A stretch of DNA of 64,000 nt from Candidatus Anstonellales archaeon (GTDB lineage Archaea; Micrarchaeota; Micrarchaeia; Anstonellales; J096), in assembly GCA_038890745.1 (NCBI GenBank), contig JAWAFD010000001.1:188907-252906 (forward strand), read 5' to 3'. The notes beneath the pieces are model-generated. The model was not told the origin of the DNA and ran no database searches. It saw only the letters and a program-made list of their open reading frames with translations. Below, piece by piece: positions 39,862 through 50,204 of this stretch (positions are counted from its first letter, which is position 1; every line of letters begins with the position of its first letter). Position numbers and translations under genes: made by a program.

Positions 39862-40444
39862 GTTTTGCCCTTACTGCGTACAACCTCTCAAAAAAGAATT
39901 TTTTCTCTTCTAAGATTTCAACCTCAAACCCCATTCCTTTCAGCATTCCTATGGTTTTTTCATGCCCGCTCAACGAGGAGGAAATGAGCATGACGCCCCC
40001 ATTGTTTTCTAGATGCATTCTGCACTCTTTCAAAAATCTGTCCAAAGTTTTTCTTCCGCTTCTCCCTCCGTCGAATGCGTAGTTTAGTTTTCCTTTTATT
40101 TTTTCATTTTTTTCAGTTGGTAAATAAGGCGGGTTAAAAACTATCCAATTGTATTTTTTGTTTTTCGGAACAGCGTTGAACATATCGCTAACAAAAAATC
40201 TAACATTTCTTATTCCATTCACTCTTGCGTTGTGTTCTGCGTTCCTCACCGCAATTTCATTTATATCGCACCCCTCAACAAAATTTTTTGGATTGTGTTT
40301 CGCGTTCGTAAGAGCAACAATTCCGCACCCCGTACCCATGTCCAAAACTTTTCCCTTTAATTTTTTCGCATGCTCAGCAAGCATGTAGCTATCTTCAGCG
40401 GGTTCGTAAACGTTCTCAAAAATTTCCAGCTTCATAAGTTCCAT
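39827..40444 (-). CDS. HemK2/Mtq2-like methyltransferase
   Basis: VYEPAEDS, LDMGTGCG, FNPPY, DGG. Confidence 0.92.
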   Translation of the reverse strand: MELMKLEIFENVYEPAEDSYMLAEHAKKLKGKVLDMGTGCGIVALTNAKHNPKNFVEGCDINEIAVRNAEHNARVNGIRNVRFFVSDMFNAVPKNKKYNWIVFNPPYLPTEKNEKIKGKLNYAFDGGRSGRKTLDRFLKECRMHLENNGGVMLISSSLSGHEKTIGMLKGMGFEVEILEEKKFFFERLYAVRAKLKEQYKRYRSL

Positions 40445-40484
40445 TCTAACCTATGTTTTTTAAGTTAACGTTTCAAAAAAACGT

Positions 40485-43130
40485 GTGGAAATATATAATT
40501 TAAAAATAGAAGAGGTTTACAAAAAACTTTCAACAGCGCCCAACGGTATTTCCGAAGAAGAGGCAAAAAAGCGCCTTGCGGCATATGGCCCAAACAAACT
40601 AAAAGAGGAGAAAAAACCATCGCTCATCATGAAATTTCTTGAGCAATTCAAAAGCCCGCTCGTCCTCATTCTTCTCGTTGCGGTTCTAATCTCTGCAATC
40701 ATAGGTGAGGTTCTGGACTCAGCCATAATCGCTATTATTGTTTTTCTTGCCGCGACCTTAGGTTTTGTGCAGGAGTACAGAGCCGAGAAAGCAATGGAGG
40801 AGCTGAAAAAACTCTCTGCCCCAAAAGCAAAGGTAGTACGGGAAGGGAAGATAGTTTTAATCGATGCTGAGAGCATAGTTCCGGGCGATGTTCTTTTTTT
40901 GGAAGAAGGAGACCGGGTTCCGGCTGATGCAAGGGTTGTTGAAGAGTTTCAGCTCAGGGCTGATGAAGCATCCCTGACCGGGGAATCAACACCAGTTCAA
41001 AAAAGTTCAGAAGGACTAGTAGGAAAGGTTCCGGTTGCAGAAAGAAAGAATGTTGTTTTTGCAGGAACAACAATTGTGCGCGGGCATGGGAAAGCGGTTG
41101 TTTATGCTACTGGAATGGAAACGGAGTTTGGAAAGATTGCAAAGATGCTTCAGGAAGAGGAAAGGCCAAAAACACCATTACAAATAAAAATGGAAGAGGT
41201 TGGTAGGTTTTTGGGCATCGCGGCCCTTTTCATCGTTTTCATAGTTGCTGGAATAGAGTTTATGCTCGGGATGGGGGACCTGCTTTCAGTATTCATATGG
41301 GCGATTGCGCTTGCTGTAGCAGCGGTACCAGAAGCTCTACCAGCAGTTGTCACAACCTCCCTTGCGCTCGGTATGAGAAAGATGGCGAAGAAAAATGCAA
41401 TCGTTCGAAAGCTCGATGCTGTAGAAGCCCTAGGCTCTGTGAATGTAATTTGCACAGATAAAACAGGAACGCTCACAAAAAACGAAATGACGGTAAAGGA
41501 GATTTTTGCTTCAGAATGGTACCATGTTAAAGGTGTAGGATACAAGCCTGAGGGAAAGATTCTTCATAGTGGGAAGGTTGTTGATCCATCGGATGAAAGC
41601 ACAAGGTCTCTTTACCTTGCTTTGAAGATAGGTGCTCTCTGTAATAATGCCCATCTTATAAAGGAGGATGGTATGTGGAAGGTTCATGGAGACCCAACAG
41701 AAGGCGCTCTCCTTGTTTCAGCAGCCAAAGCCGGGCTTTTCAAGGAGGAGCTTGAAAAAAATGAAGAGAAGGTTGCCGAGATTCCTTTCTCTTCTGAAAG
41801 GAAGACCATGAGCACTGTACATAAAGCAAATGGGAAATATTTTTTGTACTCAAAAGGCGCTCCTGAGGTTATTATTTCAAAATGTAAATATGTTCTTTTG
41901 GGTGGGAAGAAAAAAATTCTTACAAAAAATATGAAAGAAGAGATTCTAAAGAATAATAAAAAAATGGCTTCGAACGCTTTGCGCGTTCTCGCGATGGCAT
42001 ACCGGGAAATCAAAAAGCAGAAAAATTATGATGAAGAGGATGAAAGGGATTTGATTTTCGTTGGGATGCAGGGGATGATAGACCCACCTAGGGCAGAGGT
42101 TGCTGAGGCCATAAAAATATGCCAGGAGGCCGGCATAAAAGTAATCATGGTTACCGGTGATCAAAGGGCAACGGCAGAAGCCATCGCAAAGCAGATAGGT
42201 CTGAAAGGAAAGGTGTATGAAGGAGAGGAGATAGATGATGCGAATGTTGATAGGATTGTTGAAGATGCAGGAGTGGTAGCAAGGGCTTCCCCCGAGCACA
42301 AGCTCAAAATAGTAAAGGCATTGAAGAAAAAAGGGTATGTTGTTGCTGTAACCGGTGATGGTATAAACGATGCCCCTGCGTTGAAAACAGCTGATGTTGG
42401 GGTTGCGATGGGAATAACCGGAACAGATGTTACTAAAGAGGCGGGCTCGATGGTTCTTGCTGATGATAATTTTGCTACAATAGTTTCTGCAGTTGAAGAG
42501 GGAAGAAGCATATATGATAATATAAGAAAATATTTGTTTTTCCTTCTCTCATGCAATCTGGGCGAGATAGCTCTTATGTTTGTTGCTGCGCTTTTCGGCT
42601 TACCAGTTCCGCTTCTTGCCATTCACCTTCTCTACGTAAACCTGGCAACGGATGGCCTTCCGGCCATCGCTCTCGGAGTTGAGCCACCTGATAAGGATGT
42701 GATGAAAAGAAAGCCCAGGCAAAAAAAGGAAAGCGTTTTTGCTGGTATGAAAACAACCTTACTTTTATTTACAGCCTATCTAACCCTTTCCCTATTTGCC
42801 CTCTTTTTCATTTCCCTTCCTTATGGAATAGAAAAGGCGAGAACGGTTGTTCTGGCAGGTATTGTTCTCGCAGAGCTTGCAAACGCATTCAACTCAAAAT
42901 CCATAGAAAAGTCTATTTTCAAATTAAACATTTTCGCAAACAAATGGCTTCTCCTGGCTGTTCTATGGGAAACCCTTCTTCTAAGCTTTTTCATATTCAC
43001 CCCATTCTCATCATTCATAAAGGTTGTTCAGATAAGCCCGCAAGAATTAGCCCTCCCGATTCTCATAGCTCTTGGGGGGATAGCGGTCATGGAAGTTGCG
43101 AAATTTTTTATTTTTCGTAAATCCTCATAA
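40485..43130 (+). CDS. P-type cation ATPase (P2A, Ca2+-type)
   Basis: LTGES, AVPEAL, DKTGTLT, KGAPE, DPPR, TGD, GDGINDAP. Confidence 0.96.
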   Translation: MEIYNLKIEEVYKKLSTAPNGISEEEAKKRLAAYGPNKLKEEKKPSLIMKFLEQFKSPLVLILLVAVLISAIIGEVLDSAIIAIIVFLAATLGFVQEYRAEKAMEELKKLSAPKAKVVREGKIVLIDAESIVPGDVLFLEEGDRVPADARVVEEFQLRADEASLTGESTPVQKSSEGLVGKVPVAERKNVVFAGTTIVRGHGKAVVYATGMETEFGKIAKMLQEEERPKTPLQIKMEEVGRFLGIAALFIVFIVAGIEFMLGMGDLLSVFIWAIALAVAAVPEALPAVVTTSLALGMRKMAKKNAIVRKLDAVEALGSVNVICTDKTGTLTKNEMTVKEIFASEWYHVKGVGYKPEGKILHSGKVVDPSDESTRSLYLALKIGALCNNAHLIKEDGMWKVHGDPTEGALLVSAAKAGLFKEELEKNEEKVAEIPFSSERKTMSTVHKANGKYFLYSKGAPEVIISKCKYVLLGGKKKILTKNMKEEILKNNKKMASNALRVLAMAYREIKKQKNYDEEDERDLIFVGMQGMIDPPRAEVAEAIKICQEAGIKVIMVTGDQRATAEAIAKQIGLKGKVYEGEEIDDANVDRIVEDAGVVARASPEHKLKIVKALKKKGYVVAVTGDGINDAPALKTADVGVAMGITGTDVTKEAGSMVLADDNFATIVSAVEEGRSIYDNIRKYLFFLLSCNLGEIALMFVAALFGLPVPLLAIHLLYVNLATDGLPAIALGVEPPDKDVMKRKPRQKKESVFAGMKTTLLLFTAYLTLSLFALFFISLPYGIEKARTVVLAGIVLAELANAFNSKSIEKSIFKLNIFANKWLLLAVLWETLLLSFFIFTPFSSFIKVVQISPQELALPILIALGGIAVMEVAKFFIFRKSS

Positions 43131-43575
43131 ACAAACTCGCTGCAACAATTGAAAAAACAAGCATCGCAGAAGGACAGGTATGTTTGTACGCTTGGCTTCT
43201 ATCCAGCATTGCCTGTTGTCTTAGTTCTTCCTGTTCCACCATCTTTTCGCAGAATTCTTTTACGTTGGAAACAGGCCATCCGTGTGGAATCAAAAAATGT
43301 TCATGGGTTTCGCTGCATAAGTTTTTATCAAGAAATGTTCTTGCAACCTCTATAACACAGTTGTTATACTCCATATGTCTGACTGTGATGCTTATATCAG
43401 GATCATCAGTAATTTTTCTGCACCACTGTAATGCCTCTTTTTTATCCCCCATAAGCGCATAGTAAACAGCTGCTTTTTTATAGCATTCTGCCTTTCCCTT
43501 GCAATTCTGCCCAACCTGAATGCATCCAGTAAGCAGAATGGCTGCCAAAATAAGCGCAACTACCCCCGCACGCAT
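43108..43575 (-). CDS. Cys-rich lipoprotein with C-terminal TM
   Basis: Lipobox LLTGC, spaced Cys residues, C-terminal CPSAMLVFSIVAASLF; start moved to ATG 43575. Confidence 0.75.
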   Translation of the reverse strand: MRAGVVALILAAILLTGCIQVGQNCKGKAECYKKAAVYYALMGDKKEALQWCRKITDDPDISITVRHMEYNNCVIEVARTFLDKNLCSETHEHFLIPHGWPVSNVKEFCEKMVEQEELRQQAMLDRSQAYKHTCPSAMLVFSIVAASLFMRIYEK

Positions 43576-43628
43576 GGATGGTTTAAACAAAACAATTATT
43601 TTAAATGTTGTTGTTTCAAAAAATAACG

Positions 43629-44804
43629 ATGCTGCCCATGCCAACCCTAAATGACTATCTTTCTGTTGCTATGCCTTTTATAGCAATTGCTTTCGGAATC
43701 CATGTTTTCTATGTTGCTTTGCATTACATGTGGGGAAATTTGATGAACAGCCCGCAGGCGTATGCAAGGGGAAAGGAGGAGCTAATCTCTCTTTTCAGAA
43801 CAGTTGGCGTGTTTGTTGCCGTCATAATAATATATAACATTCTCATTCTTGGTTTTGGGATAGATTTTATTGCATTGGCAAAGCTCTCTGTGAAAGGTTT
43901 TTTCTGGATGCTTGCAGATAGGTACATGGAGATAATGCTTTTTGACTTCGGTCTTGGTTCCATTTCGCAGACAGGCATTTTTCTGTTTATTCAAACAGAG
44001 TATGCTGCAATAGAGATAGGTGGCTCTCCGGTTATAGGATTGCAGAATACTCTTACAGTTCTACACAAAACCCTTGAACCACTCCAGTACGGCATTTCCC
44101 TTGCTGCTGGCAGGTATGCCCTCCTTGATTTTGCTCCTGCAGCCATGATCTACCTAATGCCCCTCGGCTTTTTCCTGCGCGCATTCCCCCTCACAAGAAA
44201 AACCGGCTCAAGCGTGATCGCTCTTGCGATAACAGTTTTTTTCGTTTATCCGCTTTCTGTTCTTCTTACAGACCATCTTGTTACCCTGTACGAAAATCAG
44301 AGAATCACCCCTCCAACCCTTCCAAAGAACCCGCTCATAACAGAAAAGACAGATGAGGAGGTTTTCTCGGATTTTGTTGGGTATTTTGGAAAGGATGTAT
44401 CCCAGCAACAAGGCCAGTACATTGAGCCTGGCAAGACAACTTCAACCAGTGGCCCGTATGGTTTTTTTAGCATAATCAGCAAGTTCCTTGGATGGCTTTT
44501 TGGCTGGATACCAAAACTACTTAGCAATATTAGCGCGATGGCTGCAAACATTCTTAGGCTTGTTGGCTCTACGCTTAAAATGATGCTTTCACCAGGTGCA
44601 CCACTTTTCAGCCCGGCTGGTTGGGTCCTTCCAACCCTACTCATTTCTTTAAAATGGGTTTCCATAATTGCAGAGCAGATTGCAATACTATTCACAATAT
44701 TTATACTTGAGATTACGATAAGCATTACGATGTACAGGAATATTGCGATGCTCATAGGAGGAGAGCTTAGAATATTTGGGATTACAAAGGTGACAGGAGG
44801 ATGA
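43629..44804 (+). CDS. CedA/VirB6-like polytopic membrane protein, paralogue 1
   Basis: PLGFFLRAFPLTRKTGSSVIALAITVFFVYP; C-terminal IGGELRIFGITKV. Confidence 0.7.
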   Translation: MLPMPTLNDYLSVAMPFIAIAFGIHVFYVALHYMWGNLMNSPQAYARGKEELISLFRTVGVFVAVIIIYNILILGFGIDFIALAKLSVKGFFWMLADRYMEIMLFDFGLGSISQTGIFLFIQTEYAAIEIGGSPVIGLQNTLTVLHKTLEPLQYGISLAAGRYALLDFAPAAMIYLMPLGFFLRAFPLTRKTGSSVIALAITVFFVYPLSVLLTDHLVTLYENQRITPPTLPKNPLITEKTDEEVFSDFVGYFGKDVSQQQGQYIEPGKTTSTSGPYGFFSIISKFLGWLFGWIPKLLSNISAMAANILRLVGSTLKMMLSPGAPLFSPAGWVLPTLLISLKWVSIIAEQIAILFTIFILEITISITMYRNIAMLIGGELRIFGITKVTGG

Positions 44805-45679
44805 ACCCTTTAATATTCGCTGCGATAGGGATAATGATCTCTGCAATCGCCTTAGCTTTTATGTTCGCAAGCTTTGCAAAAAAACCAGAGTGGGAGGCAT
44901 GGGCAAAGGTTGAGCTGTACGAGCTTGCATGGGGGATAGTTTTGCTCATAGTAATATACGGAATATATACCTCAGTAAGTTTTATTGCGGATGCGTATAT
45001 CGGCACAAACATAATAAACTATTCTGAAAACCGGCTGAACGATGTTGTGAAAGACAGGCTCCTCCCAGCCTTCATACAACTTACTTATCTGGACCATAAT
45101 ATTATTTTCTGGAGTCAGTTTAGGATGAGGTTCGGCCCTGCTGCATGGGGGATGACCTATAGATTCTATCCTGGGCTTGAAATCTACTCCCAGCCCGTAA
45201 GGATTCTTGAGTTTGGGTATATGGCTGCGTTTGCAAGCCTTTCTGTCCAGGTTATGCTTTTCCATATTTTAGATGTCATTACAGAATTTTTGCTCGCGGC
45301 AGGCATTCTGCTTAGGTTTTTCCCACCAACAAGAACAAGCGGAAATCTCCTCATAGCTATGGGTTTTTCGTTTAAGGTGATTTTCCCGCTCATGTATGTT
45401 CTCTCCTACCAAGCGTTGGATGAGATATACAAAATTCATGGATGGAGCATGTCTGGTGTGTTAAAAACGTTATATATCCCGCAACTAATAGGTACAACAA
45501 TGCCAATGGTTCTTACCCTCACACCGCGTTTGTTCCACTCCCTCTTGGACAATTTTGGGCATCTTTCTGTTGAGATTCTCGTTATTCCCTCGACAGCCAT
45601 AACCATCGCCATCTCAGCGACAACCGGTCTGCAGAAAGCTCTTGAATGGAAAACAATAGACTTAGGTGGTTGGAGATGA
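44801..45679 (+). CDS. CedA/VirB6-like membrane protein, paralogue 2
   Basis: WAKVELYEL; GILLRFFPPTRTSGNLLIAMGFSFKVIFP. Confidence 0.7.
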   Translation: MNPLIFAAIGIMISAIALAFMFASFAKKPEWEAWAKVELYELAWGIVLLIVIYGIYTSVSFIADAYIGTNIINYSENRLNDVVKDRLLPAFIQLTYLDHNIIFWSQFRMRFGPAAWGMTYRFYPGLEIYSQPVRILEFGYMAAFASLSVQVMLFHILDVITEFLLAAGILLRFFPPTRTSGNLLIAMGFSFKVIFPLMYVLSYQALDEIYKIHGWSMSGVLKTLYIPQLIGTTMPMVLTLTPRLFHSLLDNFGHLSVEILVIPSTAITIAISATTGLQKALEWKTIDLGGWR

Positions 45680-46932
45680 TCCAGGTTCCTTTAGAGTTTG
45701 TGCCCTTCGCAATAATAGGTGTAGCCTTTGGCATCTCCATATCCCTCTCCTCCATTGCATACATGTTAGGCAGTGCTTTGGGTGATGAAAGAATAAAGGG
45801 ATGGGCCAGGTTTGAGGTTTATGAAATATTCTACTCCGGGGTTCTTGGGGTTTTGATCGCATCCTCTTGGGCAGTGATGATCGGGCTGAGCGATGATATC
45901 GCAAAATCCTTAGACCCTCAGGGGTATCTTTTTGCCCTAACCGAACCAGACCACGAACCCATATTTCTCACAATGGCCCAAGCATACATGCGCGAGATAT
46001 ACGGAGAAATCGCTTACCTTTATACAGAAATCTCAAAGGTTACCTCAATTACAATGTTTATGGAGAGCATATCATATTCAGTGGGCGTATCGCAGTTTAA
46101 AGATATTGGCGGGATGGTAAGCTTTGGGTTGTGCCCCCTTTTTTATGGCCCTTTCAATTTTCTCATGCAGAACATTACAGAAATGCTCATACGCGTGGGG
46201 GTGATTACAGTATTCCAAGCAGCAATTCTTGGTTTCATAAAATCCATAATGCCTGCTTTCATAGGGTTTGGTTTTGCTTTGAGAATACCTGGGCCTACAA
46301 GAAAACTTGGTGGTTTGATGATGGCAATTGGGCTTATGCTGTATTTCGTTCTCCCCATGTTCTATGTTTTTGGAAGCGGGATATACCACTCCCTTGACCC
46401 TGCTGAAAAGCACGCAGGCATGAGAATAGCGCAGTTTAACTCCTACTTTGGAACAGTTTCAATATTTGGAAACAGCATAGAATATGACCGGGAGTTTGAT
46501 GAGAAACTAAGGGTTTATGAAGAATATATAAAAAGCGGAAAGCTTGAAGAGATGGATGCGCAGGAGCTTGAGGAAAGCCTGAGCCAAAACCTCCAGGAAA
46601 CACAAAAGGAGTTTTATGGGTTCGACATCTCATTTCCTGGGGTTGTAAAAGCGATTCTTGACTCCATCGCCTCTCTTCCAGAATTGGCGGGGAATCTTGT
46701 TTGCATATCAAGGGTAAGTGCGCAGGCATGGAACTATGGTGTTCTTTCCCCATTCATCTACGACAACAAAATTTTTATTTCAGAGATAATGTTTGAGATG
46801 CTTGCAAACCTCCTTTTCTTCACAACAGTTTTTTCATTCATGGCGCTCATGGCTATAATTGCCGGTATAAAGGGCCTTTCTCCGTTGCTTGGAGGGGATG
46901 TAGAGATTGCGGGCCTTACGCACTTTATATGA
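45676..46932 (+). CDS. CedA/VirB6-like membrane protein, paralogue 3
   Basis: WARFEVYEI; GFALRIPGPTRKLGGLMMAIGLMLYFVLP; LGGDVEIAGLTHFI; ATGA overlap start. Confidence 0.7.
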   Translation: MIQVPLEFVPFAIIGVAFGISISLSSIAYMLGSALGDERIKGWARFEVYEIFYSGVLGVLIASSWAVMIGLSDDIAKSLDPQGYLFALTEPDHEPIFLTMAQAYMREIYGEIAYLYTEISKVTSITMFMESISYSVGVSQFKDIGGMVSFGLCPLFYGPFNFLMQNITEMLIRVGVITVFQAAILGFIKSIMPAFIGFGFALRIPGPTRKLGGLMMAIGLMLYFVLPMFYVFGSGIYHSLDPAEKHAGMRIAQFNSYFGTVSIFGNSIEYDREFDEKLRVYEEYIKSGKLEEMDAQELEESLSQNLQETQKEFYGFDISFPGVVKAILDSIASLPELAGNLVCISRVSAQAWNYGVLSPFIYDNKIFISEIMFEMLANLLFFTTVFSFMALMAIIAGIKGLSPLLGGDVEIAGLTHFI

Positions 46933-46941
46933 GGTGAAGAC

Positions 46942-48105
46942 ATGAAAAAAACAGTTTTGATTTTGATTTTTGCTTTTTTCCTGCTTCCCTCCTTGCTTCA
47001 TTCCCAGCCAGCTTCTTCAGACAATTCTGCCACCGACATCTCAAACCTTGAACAACAAATTACCTCCGAGGAAACAATCCAAAAAATGATCGACACAACA
47101 ACTCAACTTGGTAAATGCGAAGAGCCGAAAAGTATTCTTGATGTTTTTGGCCTTTCCTACCTTGCTCTCGTTGTTGTTGTATTTTTCTACACCGCAGCTT
47201 ATCTTGCGGGGAAAGTTTTCAACTACCCCATCACAGATGCGCTCCTGAGGATAAAGATTGATGAGGTTGCAACAACAATTTTGATAATATTCGCATTGAC
47301 CTTTTTATATGCTTTCGTGAACTCCTCAGGCGGATACTACTATTTAGATGAAGCGATCAAATACAACGACAAGATTCTTTGGCATATTATTAGAAACCTA
47401 GGTATTTTCACTATTTTCTCAACACTTATATACCTCTTGTACAGCCTTACAATATACATCCCAATTATTCCCGGCCTTCCCCTCATAAAATTTACAATAA
47501 GCATCGGCCCAGCACTCAAACCCATTATAGATATGATATTCCAAACCTCAAACATGCTCAGTGTTATTGTAATAGAGTGGATAACGATGAAAGCTATTCT
47601 ATGCATGATAAAAACATGGTGGCTTAGCTTTGTTCTTCCTATTGGTGTTTTGCTAAGAAGCCTTTCAATTACAAAGGACGCCGGAAATACTCTTATAGCA
47701 CTAGGAATAGGAATGTACTTCCTTTACCCTGTTCTCTTAACGATGAATTATGATATATATGAAATGCAGATAGGAAAGGCAGCAACAGGAGGACTGACAA
47801 ACTTTGACCTTTTCTTCGGGCAGATGAAAAACTTTTTATTCGGGGAGGCGCCGACAGTTTTGATAGGGATTATAATTTCCGGCATCCTTACAGTGTACAC
47901 AGAGGGCTCGTTTGCAATCGCCATAATCATAGCCTGGCTTCTCTGGCTTCTCCAAAACACCCTTCTAGATACGATATTTTTGCTTTTCATCATAAGCATG
48001 TTCCTTCCGGCCCTAAATGTTTTCATAACCCTTACGTTCGTTATGGAGCTTGGCAAGCTTTTGGGAACGGATATAAATGTATCCGCCCTTACTAAAATTA
48101 TATGA
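46942..48105 (+). CDS. CedA/VirB6-like membrane protein with signal peptide, paralogue 4
   Basis: GAGGTG RBS; PIGVLLRSLSITKDAGNTLIALGIGMYFLYP; LGTDINVSALTKII. Confidence 0.7.
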   Translation: MKKTVLILIFAFFLLPSLLHSQPASSDNSATDISNLEQQITSEETIQKMIDTTTQLGKCEEPKSILDVFGLSYLALVVVVFFYTAAYLAGKVFNYPITDALLRIKIDEVATTILIIFALTFLYAFVNSSGGYYYLDEAIKYNDKILWHIIRNLGIFTIFSTLIYLLYSLTIYIPIIPGLPLIKFTISIGPALKPIIDMIFQTSNMLSVIVIEWITMKAILCMIKTWWLSFVLPIGVLLRSLSITKDAGNTLIALGIGMYFLYPVLLTMNYDIYEMQIGKAATGGLTNFDLFFGQMKNFLFGEAPTVLIGIIISGILTVYTEGSFAIAIIIAWLLWLLQNTLLDTIFLLFIISMFLPALNVFITLTFVMELGKLLGTDINVSALTKII

Positions 48106-48114
48106 GGTGCGAAA

Positions 48115-49215
48115 ATGGCTTGGTACGAAATACCACTTCCCGGTTCCCATCCAACCGAACCAGCTGTGCTTACAGCCTGCAATCCTCCTAATGTTGATTT
48201 TCTTGGGCTTTCCTTCCTCGCCCTTTTGGTCTCCTCACTTTACATCCTATTTTTTTATTTCTGGGGGAAGCTTACAAGCAATCCAAACATAGATGTTTGG
48301 GTGAAGGGAGAGCTTTATGAAATAGGCGCGACAGTTTTTATTGTTGTTTTTTTCCTCCCGCTTTTCCTAAATGTTGCGTGCGCATTTAAATTAGGAGAGT
48401 ATAATATATTTGAAACAGCGCATGTGTACCTCGAATCTCTAAAGGCAAGCATAACCATGGTGATGCATGTACTTGCAGTAGGGTACATGGCAGTTGATTT
48501 TATCGCTTCACTTTCTATAAAGGCCAGCCCATTTGGTCTTGGTCTTTCGGCTGCGGATGTTGGAGCGGGTCTTGTTGCTCTTTGGAAGCCGATATTTCTT
48601 CAGATAACAAACGCGCTTACGCTCAGCTATATTTTTGCGTCTGCCCAGACAGTAATCCTTGAATACTTTACGTATGGAATGATAACAAAGATTCTACCGC
48701 TTGGTGTGCTCCTTAGAAGCTTCACCCCAACAAGAAGGGTTGGTGGGATGCTCCTTGGGCTTTCCATTGGTCTCCTCTTTCTCTATCCTCTAATCCTTAC
48801 GCTCAACTACTTCCTTGTTAAAGACTATCTTGTTGTTTCCTGGGATCAAAAATACAATGTGTGGGAAGTTGATGAGAACTTTAAAACAATACTATCGGAT
48901 ATTTGGGATGTAATAAATCTTACAAGTCCAGAGTCTTCTTGGTGGGAAAATTTCTTTAAAACTGCTGGAGAGCTGGTTACTGGAATACTAACTTTAGTAG
49001 CCTTTGCATTTGGAAGCGGATGGCAGATTGTTCTTTTGATAGTAAGCGTTATATTCGTTCTTTGGGGCGCGGTCATCTCCGGTGCCTACCTTGGTGTTGT
49101 TGCTGGCATAATCCTGCCTGCTCTAAATGTAGTAATACTGGTGCAAGGAATAAGATATTTTACCTACATATTTGGGGAGGAGCTTGATATTACAACCTTA
49201 ACGAGGATGGTATGA
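48115..49215 (+). CDS. CedA/VirB6-like membrane protein, paralogue 5
   Basis: WVKGELYEI; PLGVLLRSFTPTRRVGGMLLGLSIGLLFLYP; FGEELDITTLTRMV. Confidence 0.7.
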   Translation: MAWYEIPLPGSHPTEPAVLTACNPPNVDFLGLSFLALLVSSLYILFFYFWGKLTSNPNIDVWVKGELYEIGATVFIVVFFLPLFLNVACAFKLGEYNIFETAHVYLESLKASITMVMHVLAVGYMAVDFIASLSIKASPFGLGLSAADVGAGLVALWKPIFLQITNALTLSYIFASAQTVILEYFTYGMITKILPLGVLLRSFTPTRRVGGMLLGLSIGLLFLYPLILTLNYFLVKDYLVVSWDQKYNVWEVDENFKTILSDIWDVINLTSPESSWWENFFKTAGELVTGILTLVAFAFGSGWQIVLLIVSVIFVLWGAVISGAYLGVVAGIILPALNVVILVQGIRYFTYIFGEELDITTLTRMV

Positions 49216-50180
49216 TGGTTGAGTTTTGGGAAGGATGGGAAGTGGTTTGCATTCTGATTTCCTTAATCAGTGTGATAGGAACCGCAATTGTGATAATGGC
49301 TGCAAAATTTTTTGGTTCAAAAGAGCTTGAGCAGAGTGCGAAGGCAGAGCTAACCTTTGCAATCTCTACGGTTCTTATCGTTCTCTTCCTGATCGCAGCT
49401 GTCAATTTTGCAGATTCCCTTGCGACAAGCTTTGGTAAGGAAAGCTCGAGAATAATATTCGGCAGGGAGGTGCATGTGGATAATTTTTGGGAGGTTTCAA
49501 AGCTTTATATGAACAATATTTACGAATGCTATGTTGGTTTCGAAAAGATATTGGTTTCTATAGACGCTCCCATCTCCACAATAGCCACATTGAAGTTTAT
49601 GGCATTTTATTTTGACCCTATATCAGCCTACACTTTTGGAATAATGCATGATGCCATTCAGAATATTCTTGGCCTATTCTATTATTTCAAATGGGGCTAT
49701 AAGCTTATGATAAAGACTGTTGATTTTTTCTTCTACATTGGCTTTCCCATCCTCCTTCCAACAGGTGTTGCTCTTCGTGCATTCCCTCCAACCCGCGGCA
49801 CTGGAGCATACCTTATTGCATTTTCAGTTGGTATATATTTCGTTTTCCCTGTTGCATACCTTATTGCTGTTGGTGTGATGGAATCCCCGTTTTTATGCCC
49901 AGTGTTAGGTCTCAAATTTGTTCCGCTCCTTCTGGACCCCTGCGAAGCAGAGGACGTTAACATATTTGGATTTGTTTTCTCATGGGTGATGGGAAATATA
50001 GAATTTTTTAACGTGCTTTTCAAAGAATCCATTCCCGGCCTTCTCAGAGAGCTTTGCATTAACCTGTGCATCTTTCCTTTCGTTGCCCTTATGATAACTT
50101 TCTCCTTTGTTAATTCAGGTTCGAGCCTTTTCGGTGCGAACATCCCGGAAGTTGGAAGAGGGCTTATAAAGCTCATATAA
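49212..50180 (+). CDS. CedA/VirB6-like membrane protein, paralogue 6
   Basis: SAKAELTF; PTGVALRAFPPTRGTGAYLIAFSVGIYFVFP; FGANIPEV. Confidence 0.7.
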   Translation: MMVEFWEGWEVVCILISLISVIGTAIVIMAAKFFGSKELEQSAKAELTFAISTVLIVLFLIAAVNFADSLATSFGKESSRIIFGREVHVDNFWEVSKLYMNNIYECYVGFEKILVSIDAPISTIATLKFMAFYFDPISAYTFGIMHDAIQNILGLFYYFKWGYKLMIKTVDFFFYIGFPILLPTGVALRAFPPTRGTGAYLIAFSVGIYFVFPVAYLIAVGVMESPFLCPVLGLKFVPLLLDPCEAEDVNIFGFVFSWVMGNIEFFNVLFKESIPGLLRELCINLCIFPFVALMITFSFVNSGSSLFGANIPEVGRGLIKLI

Positions 50181-50204
50181 AAAGCTTTTTAATTCCTTAT
50201 AAGT

